64,000 nucleotides of DNA, from contig CM022672.1 of the NCBI GenBank assembly GCA_012295275.1, positions 4,154,001-4,218,000 of the forward strand. Direction: 5' to 3'. Below the pieces are notes generated by a model. It did not search any database. It had not been told where the DNA came from and saw only the letters and a list, made by a program, of their open reading frames with translations. A program made the translations under genes and the position numbers. Source of the DNA: Chrysomallon squamiferum (taxonomy: Eukaryota; Animalia; Mollusca). Of this stretch, positions 28,697-42,216 are shown in pieces; position 1 is the stretch's first letter; every line of letters starts with the position of its first letter.

Positions 28697-29071
28697 CAAA
28701 CAACATACTCTTCCACATTTGTTTTTCATTGACATCTCTTTTGCCCCATAGAGTTTACAACTAAAACTAACCCGTGTGTTTATTTTCATGTTTCTGATCT
28801 AGTGTATGCAAGAAGAGAGTTTTTACCTGGTAACTCGTACAAGGTGTTGAAGATTCGGAATCTGCTGTCGCTCAGGTGAACAAACTTGTTCGGATACAGA
28901 ACATGAATCTCTTTTCTGAAAATATAAAAATAAAATAAATAATACAAATTTAAAACAAAAATCAATTCGGACACAGGTAAGATGTGGCTAGGTAGATGTA
29001 ATATTCTCACATTATAACTGTTGTCTGAATGGTCTTATTACTCACTTTTCAATGATTGCTAGTCCGTGATA
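18530..29071 (-). CDS. NT5C2: Cytosolic purine 5'-nucleotidase (cN-II, HAD superfamily), multi-exon, 5' part missing
   Basis: Phase-consistent GT-AG exons in transcript order: ~29071-29046 (truncated), 28915-28827, 25325-25268, 24473-24377, 23659-23580, 22968-22908, 22439-22401, 22202-22095, 21715-21649, 21199-20980, 20406-20346, 19979-19922, 19580-19462, 18766-18530. Diagnostic motifs: [88 protein letters not shown]. Confidence 0.95.
19395..19710. repeat. (GT)n and (GACA/GATA)n microsatellites flanking an NT5C2 exon
   Basis: (GT)n 19395-19450; (GACA/GATA)n ~19593-19706. Confidence 0.85.
19462..19580 (-). CDS. NT5C2: NT5C2 exon
   Basis: [40 protein letters not shown]; accag|...|gtaact. Confidence 0.93.
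19922..19979 (-). CDS. NT5C2: NT5C2 exon
   Basis: [19 protein letters not shown]; ttccag|...|gttagt. Confidence 0.92.
20346..20406 (-). CDS. NT5C2: NT5C2 exon
   Basis: [20 protein letters not shown]; tcag|...|gtgaga. Confidence 0.9.
20980..21199 (-). CDS. NT5C2: NT5C2 exon (HAD motif IV region)
   Basis: [44 protein letters not shown]...; tttcag|...|gtacgt. Confidence 0.95.
21649..21715 (-). CDS. NT5C2: NT5C2 exon
   Basis: [22 protein letters not shown]; ttcag|...|gtctgc. Confidence 0.9.
22095..22202 (-). CDS. NT5C2: NT5C2 exon
   Basis: [36 protein letters not shown]; tgtag|...|gttaga. Confidence 0.92.
22401..22439 (-). CDS. NT5C2: NT5C2 short exon
   Basis: [13 protein letters not shown]; ttttag|...|gtaatt, 39 nt. 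Confidence 0.88.
22908..22968 (-). CDS. NT5C2: NT5C2 exon (HAD motif II)
   Basis: [20 protein letters not shown]; caaag|...|gtatgt. Confidence 0.92.
23580..23659 (-). CDS. NT5C2: NT5C2 exon
   Basis: [26 protein letters not shown]; ttcag|...|gtaatt. Confidence 0.9.
24377..24473 (-). CDS. NT5C2: NT5C2 exon
   Basis: [32 protein letters not shown]; ttcag|...|gtaaga. Confidence 0.9.
25268..25325 (-). CDS. NT5C2: NT5C2 exon
   Basis: [18 protein letters not shown]; ttcag|...|gtaaac. Confidence 0.9.
28827..28915 (-). CDS. NT5C2: NT5C2 exon
   Basis: [29 protein letters not shown]; ttcag|...|gtaaaa. Confidence 0.9.
29046..29071 (-). CDS. NT5C2: NT5C2 truncated exon remnant
   Basis: YHGLAIIE(K)|gtgagt aligns to cN-II 'VCAHGFNFI'; its phase-2 donor matches the next exon; the upstream part of the exon is absent. 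Confidence 0.6.
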
Positions 29072-30499
29072 ATTTATGGTAAATTCTTACTGATGTAATT
29101 ATGGTAGTAATTGTGGTGAAGACAATTGTTGTGATGGTAACAATGAAGGTTCTGGTGGTAATAATGATGGCTATAAAGATAATTTCTGGTTGTTTTATTG
29201 ATAAAGATTTCAAAAATTGTAGTTGCTGTTGTAATGATAAATTATGGTGGTGACTGTAGTTATAAAAATAATTTCTAGTGGTGCTTATGGTGATAAAGAT
29301 AAGTTGTGATGGCAGGAATTACACAGGAAGTGGTAGTAGTTGTGGTTTTGTGAGATGATAATTTAAAACAGTGGTAACAATGACTGTGGAAATTCTGAAC
29401 TGATGCTGACAGCAGAGATTATTCTGAAGATTGTTACTGAACAAAGTGCACGTAACTTCTACCTGTACTTCTGTGTAGGTGAAAACTTCAAAACTAAAAC
29501 TGAGTAGTTTTATAAATGTTCTAAAGTCAAATCTTGGTGGATATTTCAAAACACAAAACAGTCCAGTGTGAGGAACTTCATCATTAGCCCATACTCAAAT
29601 CTATCTGAGTATTTCAAAACTCATAAAAATTCAGGCCGAGTTATTTGACCTGTACTCAAATCTGAATGAACATTACTCAAATTCATCTTACTACAGGAGT
29701 GTCACAACTGTGTATACTCAACGAGAAAAAAAGTATATAAAAAAAAAATCCATTAAATAAAAAACAAAAAAATTAAAAATCAACCAACAGGATTCATCTC
29801 TGAAGGTTGTTATTCTAATTACATAAATTTATTTTTCACTTCTGGCTTCAATCCAGATCAACATCCTTCGAGTTATTATTTAACAAAGCTCGCCATACAC
29901 CTCCACTTGGCCAAACTCCTCCAAAAACCCATCCCAGCTGATCTGTGCTATTTCCTCCCCCAATTCCAGAGCATCTCATTGTTTATTTGCTAGCTTGTTT
30001 TTGGCAAATGCCAGAACAAGCAACAGTGCTGTGTGTTTCTGATCTGATTCAGTTGTCACTTTGATAAGGATGGGTTGTGTTTTTAAGGGAAGATGCCAAG
30101 TGGCAGAAAAAAAGAGACAAATTAAAAAAAAAAAAAAAAAATAAAAAGATAAATATGTATTCTGGCTAACACATTCAATAGCATAGTGTAATCATCATTA
30201 GTTATGTTAATAAAGTTTGATTATCTTCCAGTCATTTGTTAAAATAAAAAGCGCATGGGAAAATTACAGGATGCCACATTGCTGTTTTTTGTTCTGATTA
30301 AATCTGGTTTGCATTAATTTATAACGATATATTAAATTTCTCCAGACAGACACACAGACAAACCACACACAGACATAGACGGATGCAGATATTTTATCCA
30401 GAAAATTTTCTATCATTATAAAGAGATAGAAAAAACAAATATTTCATAAACAAAATGGTTTGTGCTGCCATGCTATGATACGTTTAAAAGAAACAGACG

Positions 30500-30830
30500 T
30501 AGTAGTAATGATAGTAGTATCATAATAGTAACAGTGGTTGTAATACCAGTAGCAGCAATATTAGCAATAATAATAGTAGCAATATTAGCAATAATAATAG
30601 TAATGATGTTTGTAATGGTTGTAGCAGTAGTGGTAGTGATGTGGTGGTAGTTGTAGTAGTAGTAATACGAGAAATGGGTAGTAGCAGAAACAGTAAGAAT
30701 ATTAGTTGTAATGATAGCTGCAGCAGTAGTAGTAGTAGTAGTAGTAGCAGTAGCAGTAGCAGTAGTAGTAGTAGTAGCAGTAACAGTAGTAGTATTAGTA
30801 GAAGTAGTAGTAGTTATGATGATGATGCTA
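30500..30830. repeat. (AGT/AGC)n trinucleotide low-complexity tract
   Basis: Direct reading. Confidence 0.85.
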
Positions 30831-33640
30831 GTAGTGTTAGTTACAGAAAGCATGAAGAGGAAAACAAGCAAAGAAGTGAAGTGACAGGAGAGCCCTAGGG
30901 ACTGACTGTTTCATCTCAGACAAATACCTGCCACACAGAATCTCTACATCTGGCAACAAGCCAACCTCCACTGACACCCGCCTCATTGTTCCCACCTGAA
31001 ACCCATCAGGAAGTGACCTCTGACATATATTTACCTTTGACCCCAGGAAGCAGAACCTGCTTGAGGTTCTATTCCCAGAAGAACAGAGCTGCAGATGGTT
31101 TGGGATTAGATATAAGTAGAATTTGTTAAAGCTTCTTTTTTTTGTCTTATTTATGATGATGAAGAGAAACCAAAAAAAAGTTGAAGATGTGTTTTACTGA
31201 TTCGAAGGATTTTGAATCTAGTTTTTCACTGCATCATCAACATGGTTAATGACAATAAATAATTGAGAAAGGAAGCCATCAAACCTTCTCAAATTAGCAG
31301 AAAAGCAATCAGTTTAACTCAAACTATCATTATAAAAAAAATATATTTAAATTATTAAAAAGATTTAACTGTTAATAGTTGTTTAAAAAAAAATAATTTG
31401 AAATATGTTTTATTGGAAAAGGCATCTGAAATTTGGAAATAATGGCTATTTCGTTCTCAACATTTTAAACATTTTTGCTGGTGATACTGACATGTTCAAA
31501 TAACATGAAGCCAACATTCATTGATTCTGAATGTGCACATTGTGGATAAACTGTTATTTCAGATAGGAAATGAAGGGTGAATTAAAGGAAACATAGGAAT
31601 TAGGAATTAATTCTATTTGATATATTTAAAAACTGATGTGGTTTTCATTGGGGAGGTATTTTTTTTTTTTCAACATTTAGAAATTGTTTATTTTTATTAC
31701 ATTATTTTGCCATATCATGTTGTTATCCATTTTATTTTATTTTAAAAAAGAGTAAAAGATTAAAATCAGAAGAAGAAAAAAATAAAAAAGAAGAAGAGAA
31801 ATTTATCATCATCATCAAATATCACTGACTGATGTAAATGATATTTTCTTCTGATTGACTGTAAGGATTCTGATTTAATTTTAATTTTTAATTTTTAATT
31901 TTTTTTACAAAATCTAAAAAACAAATATGTAATAATAAAAAAATAATAAATGAGCTAAATTAATTTCAATATTAATATTAAAACAGCAAAAATCATGAAG
32001 ACAATTTTACATCCGAGTATTGATTTTGCAGAGAAATATAACAATCATAGTAATCTTGAATTAAACAAAAAGTATGTGAAATTGAAACTTTAAAAATGAG
32101 TGGCTGAAAAGAAACCAAATAAATACTCAATTTAATCACGAGATAAAATATGAAATAAAAAAATAAAAAAACAAAAATCTTAGGATGTGCTCCAAAACAG
32201 AGATCGTGTGTTATTTGTTTTATATTTGGAAAATGAAAGTTCCAAGCAATTAACTAAGTGCTAAATGACAGAAAGTCATTTAGGAAATCAAAAACACGTG
32301 CAGTTTTAGTTACACTAGCAAAAATAAAAATAAACAGATGAAGATGAAGAAGTAAGAATGAAACAGATATTAAAAATAAATGAAAAACAAGAAGAAGTAA
32401 AGGTAACAACAATAATAACAATATCGATGATAATGATAATAATAATAATAATAATAAAAATTGAGATCAGTAACAATAGTAATAATTATGATGATGATGA
32501 TAACAATATTACTACTAATAAAAAAATAATAATAATAAAATTAATAATAATAATAATAAAATTACTGTACATGCAAGAACACAGAGGTCCACTGTAAGAT
32601 GTACTTTTACTGCATTTGATACAATTACTATTACAATTTTATATCATTAATTTAGTTCTTATTATTCCTCTTATTATTATTGTTATTCATTTTATTATTT
32701 TATTAGTAAAAGTATTATTAGGCATACTAATATTATTATTATTACACATTTAATATTATTGTTGATATTATTACAACAATTATCACTATTACTGCTACAA
32801 CTACAACTACTGTTACTATTATTATTAAAATAAATACAGGTATATCATGAAAACAAACAGAAAAAAAGAAGAAAAACTAAAAAACTATTAAAAACATCAC
32901 TCATGTCAGATAAAAACCTAAAAAGACAGCTACTACTTTTATTACTATTATTAATAAATGATTTAAAAAAAACACAAATATATAACAGATAAATTAATAT
33001 ACAAATAAACTTGTGGTGGTATCTTTTTTCTTTTTCCTTTTTTATTTATTTTCTTCTTCTTCTTTCTTTCTTTCATCTTCTTTTTCTTTTTTTCTTTTTT
33101 TCACACCTAAATATATTAACTAAGCTGATGGAATATTAAACTTCAAAAAAAAGAAAAAAAAAAAAAGTTATCACATCTGCTTCTATTGCACACATGGGCA
33201 ACATCTGAGAAAGAAAGATTTGAACTAAATTGTGGATACGATTCTATTTGTTATATTGTGTATTTGCTTGCCTAAGAACCTGGAAAAGATGGCTTTATTA
33301 ATATATTTAGATCATGAACGTTGCCAATGACTTATGCACTGAAAATAGTAAGTTTGAAAAAACAGAAAGTTTTTAGATGTGAGAGAGACAAAAAAAGAAA
33401 TATTGAAAGACAGAGAAAGAAAGAGAATGGAGTGGAATCTGAAGTGTGCCCATGCACCAGTAAGTATAATGTGAATAATCAGAGACAGACAGTCAGACAG
33501 ACAGACATACAGAGAGAAAGAGAGAGAGAAACATTACTTTTTGTGTATGTTAATGTAGATCTGTATGTGTTTGTGTATATATAAATAAATCTATATTTAT
33601 CTAGACATACACACACACACACATATATACAGACATTCAG

Positions 33641-33676
<36 letters not shown>

Positions 33677-34046
33677 GTTTCTATATGTGGTGTGATTATA
33701 CATACGTAACTACATGGAATCAGTCACTCAATATATTTACTGAAAAATGTCTGAATTAGTCTCTGAACAATTCACACACAGATGATGATGTGTCACTGGT
33801 TTTGACTCTGTAATAAAATTAACTATTAAAGTGGACAGTGGGTATTGATCTCACATTCATTCACACCACAGATGATGCTGCAGCACCGACGTGAACTGCA
33901 TTGTAGTGTGAGATGAAGAAGTGATGAAGACGATGCAGGTGTGAGAAGTAAATTCCACATCAGTGAGCAGAAGTGTGCCAGAGATCCTGTCAGAAGAAAA
34001 CACTCGAAACACAAGTATTCTCTTTTACTCCACTGAGTACAGACAG

Positions 34047-34050
<4 letters not shown>

Positions 34051-34104
<54 letters not shown>

Positions 34105-34170
34105 TCAGACAGAGAGAGACAGATAGAGAAAGAGAGACAGAGAGAGAGACAGAAAGAGAGTTTGAGAGAG
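34051..34170. repeat. (GA)n / (GACA)n microsatellite
   Basis: Direct reading. Confidence 0.9.
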
Positions 34171-35240
34171 AAAAAAAGAAACTGAAAGCAAAGAGTGAGG
34201 GAAAGTGTGAGCAAAGAGAAAAAAGAGAAAAATAAATAATTCTCACAGTGAATACAGATGAAACATTTTTGCCAAATAAAACCTATTGTATATAAAAGAC
34301 AAAATAATATTGAGAAAAACTGGGAGGGGGTCTTTTATTTTCTTATTTTCTTCTTCTTTTCTTTTGCTTTTTTTTTTTTTTTTTTTTTTTTGAAAGAGAG
34401 AGACAGAAAGAGAAACAAAGAGAAACTGAAACAGAGAGAACAGAATGGTTCAAAATGATGATTGCTTATAATAAAATATTTAAAGAATATATTAATTAAA
34501 TACAAATCATTTATTCAGCATAATAGATACTTCCTTACAAAACAATAATAATAAAAAATAAATTATAAAAGAGCCTTTCTTCCAAACTCACATTGTTGAG
34601 TGAAAACTTTAATCAGAGGAACAGTCAACAAGTTTCTTTTACATGTCTTCTCAGAGTCATAGCATGCTTGTCGTGGGTCAACGTTTATGAGAAATTCAAA
34701 TGCAGACATCTTAAAAATGTAGCAAATGTATCCAATTCAAAAATGAAACACATATGGAAAATATTATTTTTTTCTTTCTTTAAAATATTTGTCTTTCTAT
34801 CAGATTGTTTTGTATTTTTAATTTTTTTCCTTTTCGGGGGTTTTTTGTACTTTTTTTTTATCAGGAATTTGGAAAAAAAAAAAAAAGGTTTAAAGTTGTA
34901 AATCAGATGATGATTCTAGAAACCGTTGCTTTTCGTACATTTCTGTTACACGTAAATGAGTGAAATTTAAAATTCTTGTACCAAGGCACCTTCCACAAAT
35001 TTACATGTTTCTTCCCTCCCCCCCCTTCACTTCGTGTGATTTATGTGGTTCCTACCCTACACACACCATCTCTTGACAGATGATAAATAATCCACTTCAC
35101 AGAGTCTGCAGTGTAGAATATCTTTTACAATAAATCTTAAATTTACAATGTGTTTTATAACTTCCATATCCACATGTATTTTTTTCATACATAATATTCA
35201 TGCACAGTGTACAGATTCAGACAGAATCATGTGGTGCATG

Positions 35241-35282
<42 letters not shown>

Positions 35283-35590
35283 TGCAGACACAAAAACACA
35301 CATACAGTCATTGCTGTTATTATATTTTATTATTACTTTTACTACAACTATGCCACCACCACTATTAATGCTAAAACTGCTACTACCACCATTACGACTA
35401 TTTAATTTTACTACTACTGCTACAACTGCTGCTACTGCTACCATGACTATTATGACTACTGGTACTAGTTACTCAACTACCATACTACTTCTACTACTAT
35501 TATAATTATTACAACTAGAACTACCACAAGTACAACAAAAATTACTACTACCACTACCATACCACTACTACTATTATCATTATTATTATC

Positions 35591-35622
<32 letters not shown>

Positions 35623-36170
35623 AAACCCCTTTACAAAACATACATCAAATAAAGATTTTTTTTTTTTTACATTAACTTCTTTTCTTGTCTTATACAAGTG
35701 GCTACTATTAATTTATTTGAAAGGAGGTAACATCTCACTTCATCCTATTTGCGATGAAATAAACACAGCACACCTGTCCCAGGTAATCAGTTCGTCTACT
35801 TACCTGTGTTTTAAAATCTTTTGCCAGGTAATTACAGTGTCGGGGCAGGGAATGTAAACGAAGTCGGTGGAAGACATACACAAAGGAAGCGAGGAATTAA
35901 CAAAGTTTTCACTTCAAACTCAGCTCTTAATTAGCTTTAAATCAAATTATTAATAAATTAAAATGGGAAAGGCTGATAACCTAATTTTTCTTTTGTTTAT
36001 TAAATGGAGGTGTGTGTGTGTGTCTGTCTGTCTGTCAGTCTCTTTTCTTTATTTGGAAGATTTTGTAAATAAAGTTGAAAGAGTTGTTAGAAACAGATAG
36101 GAAATTTGGTTTTCAGACTAAATAATAATGATGATAATAATAATAAATATATAAAAAAAAAAATTAAATT

Positions 36171-36311
36171 AGAAGAAGAAGAAGAGGAAGAAGGAGAAGG
36201 AGAAGAAGAAGAAGAAGAAGAAGAAGAAGAAAAAGAAGAAGAAGAAGAAGAAGAAGAAGAAGAAGAAGAAGAAGAAGAAGGAGGAGAAGAAGAAGAAGAA
36301 GGAGAAGAAGA
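36171..36311. repeat. (GAA/GGA)n purine tract
   Basis: Direct reading; source of the poly-E ORF artefact. Confidence 0.9.
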
Positions 36312-39300
36312 TGTAGAAAAAAAAAGAAGATAAAATAATAATAATAATAAAATAAATTAATAAATCAACCAAAACAAACTAAGATGATGTTAGGAAGATC
36401 ATCTTAACAATAATAACCAAAAATAACTAAAATTAACTACACCAAATCTTTCAAAATCATAATTCTTATCAAGCCACGTACACCTAATACCAGTCAAACA
36501 AACTCCGATACTACCATCTACACAACATCCTGTGATTAACCCTTGACAAACGTCTTCTGAACTCAACTTAATCTGCAGTCACAGAGAGAAAAACCTGCTC
36601 TGAGATTAGTAACTAGTCACTTCCAACATGGAGTACATCCTGCTGTCAGCTAATCTGAGTGTCAGCATTGTTAAAATTAACAATTATCACAACGTCGACA
36701 TCCTCAGGTAGGTAGGTGTTGCTGCATTTCCTGCTTAGCAGACATCTTGTATTCATTAGGATGTTTACAAGGTGTAAGATTAAGAACTAAAAATAATTTC
36801 TTTTATTATTTTGTATTATATTTTTTTTTTTGTGTGTGTTTCTGTGTTTGTATATGTACATGTGTGTGTGTGTTAAAACAAATAAATGCTGAAAATAACT
36901 TTGATTTTGAGGTAAGAAACCAGTTTTATAAAATCTAAAAAATTAGTTTTTATTATTATTATTATTACTACTACTACTACTACTACTACTATTGTGATCA
37001 TTATTATTATTATTTTTTTTTAATTTTATTCTATTTCTTTTGTTGTTTGTCTTTTGTTTTTTCCTTCTCCAGTTTCCTTTCTTTTGTTTATTATTAGGAA
37101 TATAATATCTGATTACAGTTAATTTAACACAAGTTTGATAAACTGCTAAAAAAAAAAAAGCAGTCAGGTAGGTAGATTAAAAGACATCTTTGCACCTAGA
37201 TTCTGTAAAACATTCATTTTAAAAACTTCATTTTTGCTAAATCAATGTCAATTTTTTCTTAAAAAGTAAACAAGCAGATTCATACAGATTTTGTAAAAAT
37301 AAAAAATAAACCCAAACTCCAATGTTATCTGTGTTTTAGATTTTTTTAAAGAAAACATAAAAATATTAATTGATATTATCTCTATTATTTCAAATATTTG
37401 TCAATAATAATAATGCTTTGAAAACGTGTTTTTAAAAAGATCATGCAGTTTAAAAAACAAAACAGCAAAAACAATTAGTGCTACAATAGAATACTGTTCT
37501 TTGAAGATCAAAACTGGGTTTTTTGTTCATGTGTGGCTTCTGAAAACTGAAAAAAAGCATTATCAATTAATTGATGCTGTCATTCAAATTCAAAGTATTT
37601 GTCAAAAAAAAAAATATTTTTAAAACTGCAAACTAAGTTTTTCTCGTTTTTTTATCTCTGTCTCTCTTTTTCAAACCCATAACGGACAATAAGAAGATAA
37701 AGGTGAAAGCTGTTTTGTTTTTTGTTTAGAAAAATAAAAACTTACGTCAATTAACTGATATTATCATATACATTTTAAACATTTGTCAACCAAAGAATCT
37801 AAAAAAGTTGTTTTCAAAAGTCAAAACTGCAAATCAAAATTCTGAAAAGATGATAACAAAATTTAGATACTGTTTTCTTAAAGGTAAAAAAATTTTGATT
37901 TCGTATTTTGCAGAAAAAAACAAAACAATTGTCAATTAACTTATACTGCTGTCACTGGCATTTCAAACATCTTTCTGTTAAAACAGCAAAAATGTTTTTT
38001 CAGATTGAACAAAAGAAAAGTATCTAAAAAAAAAAAATAAAAAAAAAAAAAAAAAAAATTCTTTTTATTAAAGGTAACGATACCAGTATTTATATACAGA
38101 TATATATATATTCTTGAATAAAAAGAAGAAAAAAAATTATATATATAAAATTGTTCCTATAATTAAAATAAAAAGTGCATGTAAAAGTTTAATAAACAAT
38201 GGTAAAAAAGTATTTTTCATATTACTGTAAGATTTGTAAAAAATAAAATAAAGTTTTTATTTACTAATATCAATCTCACACTTTTAGCACTTGTCAATAA
38301 ATATAAACAAAAATATATTTTTTTTAAAAGTGAAAGATAAAAAACAAAATATATACTTCAAAAAATATAAGATACAATGTCCAATTTTATAATCATCTAA
38401 ATTATGTACAGTTAATACCAACATCAACAACAACAGTAATATAAATATATAAATAAATAAATAAATTTAAACAAATAAAAAAAAATTTAAAATAAGAGAA
38501 AATAAATAAATTAATAATAAAATTTCAAAAAAAACAAAACAATTAATAATAAAATTTCAAAAAATAAATAAATAATAATAATAATTAATAAATAAATAAA
38601 ATACAATAAATAAATAAAATGCAATAAAAATAAAAATAAATAAATGAAATTAAATAAAACTATTATTTATATTGGTTTGAAAAAACTGAAGTTGCTGAAA
38701 TTCAAGTCTAAAATTTTCTTAAAAAATAAACATTTATTATTACTATTTTGTTGTTTATTTAGATAAAAAAACAACACTTTTAATTATCGCTTCTCTAAAC
38801 TAATCTATTAAGTGAAGTGATAATTTAAAAAAAAATTAAATAAAAAAAAATCTTTAAAATTATACATTTATATTATATGATTCTGAAAAACAATTATGAA
38901 AATTTAATAATAATAATAACATTAATGATGATGATAATAATAATTGTTCTTTTAGTCAAAAAGGTAACAGAAAAAAAAGAAAAAGTATGATGAAGATGAA
39001 AAGCAGGAAAGAATAAAAATAAAATATAAAGAAGTAGGCAAAAAAAGAAAAAGAAAAAGAAAACAGTAAAAAGAATAAAACATCTGCTTCATTAACTGCT
39101 CCTCCATCTTTTTACTTTGAAGGTCAACTCTTTTTACAAAAGTTAAGTTAAAGAACCAGACAGAAACATTTTCACCATACTCTCTCTCTCTATCTCTTTT
39201 ATTTTATTTTATTTTTTTTTAATGGAGGAACTACAGTTATTTTTGGCAGGGATGGAACCAAAGTGGATTTAAGACAGCAAAAAAAAAAAAAAAAAATACC

Positions 39301-39363
39301 CACACATTTTTCTCACCTACTATGTTTTGCATTATCGGGTGATTTGTTCAAGAAGCTCTTTCT

Positions 39364-39487
39364 ACCTGTAATTACAGGTGTTCTGTTTTACCTATAGTTT
39401 AATTACAGGTGTTCTGTTTTACCTGGAGTTTAATTACAGGTGTTCTGTTTTACCTGCAGTTTAGTTACAGGTGTTCTGTACCTGCAG
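39364..39487. repeat. 31-bp minisatellite, 4 copies
   Basis: Unit ttacaggtgttctgttttacct(a/g)nagttta(a/g); CAGGTG at 39375, 39406, 39437, 39468. Confidence 0.9.
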
Positions 39488-39790
39488 TGGTCAGACAAGA
39501 CTAACACCACATGTCTGATTAGAGACTTTGAGAACAGATTACACCTGGCTCTAAATGTAATTATCACCTGTTTTTTTATTTAGTCATGTTCAAAATACAA
39601 TACAAATAAAAATAAAAAATGTTCAAAATACAATACAAATAAAAATAAATAAAAAATAAATAAATAAATAAATAAATAAAATGAAACTAAATAAAAATAT
39701 AAATAAAATAAATATAAATAAACAAACAAATGAATAAATAAGCAAATAAATAAATAAATTAATTAATTAATTACTAATAATAATAATAAC

Positions 39791-39837
<47 letters not shown>

Positions 39838-42054
39838 TCTCAGGAAAGAAAAGAAGAAAAGGTGTATTGACTCTAACAAACGTAACATCTTCCCTAGTAT
39901 TTAAATTATAGTTGAAGTAGCTAACACACATACTGAACACATACTACAACACACATACTGAACTGATGAAAACTGGACACAGAGTAACTGAAGATTCTAC
40001 TACATCTCAGTGTACAGTGACCATCAAAGTGGTCAGTATTAAAACAGAGGAAGTCAAGAGTTTACAGCTGTACGTAAGTTGGTATATTAAAAAATATATA
40101 TTTTGCTTATGACAAACTTTTTATTTGTTTCTTGTTACAGTGTATCTGTGATAATGCATTTATTTTTTTATATTTCAAAATGTTTTAGTGCCAGTCCTTT
40201 CCTAATAATAAAGTATAAAAGTAATATAAAATGAGTCACAGTGACTTGATATACATATGCAATTCATTTACTGACATAACTGTTTACAAAGATGTGCCAG
40301 AAACCTAAAAATGAATGAATTAAAATAAATAAATAAGTAAATTAATACATTAATAAATACTAATAAAACTTTCAAAAATAAATTTTATTTTAAAAAGTGA
40401 TACATTTTTTTTTTTTTAAATTAAAAATTAATATAATCTTACAATTATTTTTTTGTTTTAACTGAAACACATACCAGTAACATAAACAGGACATACACTA
40501 AAAAAAAAAAAAAAAACTCAAAAAAAAAAAACTCAGTGGAGATTGCAAACAACTAACTGTTTTAATGTGAGAAAATTAACTCCACACTTTAACAACTAAT
40601 GGAGCTAAAACCAAAAACGTAACTTGTGACGGTTCGTTTATCACCACTTCTGCCATTAAACAGCACTAGACAGAACATCATCACCCAGCTTCCATCTCAC
40701 TACCTCCAATCAGTATCTGCACATCGTTAATTCAGCGCAGGTGTAAAACTACAGGTGTCAAGCTACCATGCATTAGGCGCAGGTGTTAATGATTACACAG
40801 CAACACACGTCAGACACATGGGATGGATTTAATATTTTCAAAGCAATTTTCATATTTTATTGGCTGCCGATGGGTGAGAAAAGATGGTGGGAATTAGTAG
40901 ACTAAGGTTCTGTAGAAGATAATGAAGGAATATTTCCAAAAATTATGTCAGATTTCTGTATTAGCGGTTTTGAAATGAGGTGTAAGTTATTTCTGACATT
41001 TATTTTGCAAAAGAAAAAATTTATATTTATTTTTGCTATATAACAGTAAGGAATGTTTTAGATAGGAAAGGCAAGAAAGTGTATACCATAAGTATGTAAG
41101 CTAATATCTGATACAAGTTAAACATTCAAATTTATTTTTTTCTGATTATTTGATGAAATTAATAATTTTCTTTATTACATGTAACATAAAAATAAATAGA
41201 CCATCATTTTCATATATCTTGCTATTATTAGAGCAGTATTTGGAACTGGAAATAATCCAAAAGCAGTATTGACCTTGAAACCTGAGCATTCTATCCACTA
41301 AACCACTCTTCTCGGTTTCCCCTTCATCTTTGTTTTTATCATGATGTAAGCATCTGGGACCATCCAGAAATATATCTGTGTTTACAATCACATAATTATC
41401 ACACATTTCTTTATTTATTTACCCCCCAGCCAGATTAGAACTCACTTCCTAAATATAACATGAAATCTGGACTTTTCCTTGACATTTTGCACTTCTCCAA
41501 CAGACCAGAGTAATTATGAAATGTTGTGCAAACTTTCAGAGCTGTAATGTGGAAAAACAAAAACCAGGGGAAGTTACAGACTGATTGAGATACTTCAGTA
41601 CCCTCGTAATACTTAGTTGAGACTGACAGAAAGAATATTTCTTCTGTGACATTTCAAGTGTTTTCATACTAATGAAAAGCTTGCTCAAGATATTTTTGTT
41701 TTCAGTTTAAGCACCAGTTCCAGTGAAACAGCCCATTTATGTATGTTTTTAATTTATATATGTTTTTGGAGGAACAGGAGTTATTATTTGATGCTATAAA
41801 AAAAATCTGATGAAATATTTAACAATTTGGCAAGATTATCCATTTTACTATTTTAACATGATCATGTGACAGAAGAAACCAACTATTAGCAAGTATCTTT
41901 TGTATGCATTTTGAAACAATCAATAAAGGACCTTTATATATATTGGCTGCAATGTGAAAAGGCCAATTTACATTAAAATATACAAGCACTTAAATATATA
42001 AATACAAAATACATTTTATGTACCAGTTTTATACTCTGAACTCACACTCAACAA

Positions 42055-42216
<162 letters not shown>

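Noticed and set aside
29844-29900. + strand peptide FNPDQHPSSYYLTKLAIH resembling the gene 1 SH3 start
   Set aside because: Short match with no splice sites or downstream SH3 motifs; likely chance.
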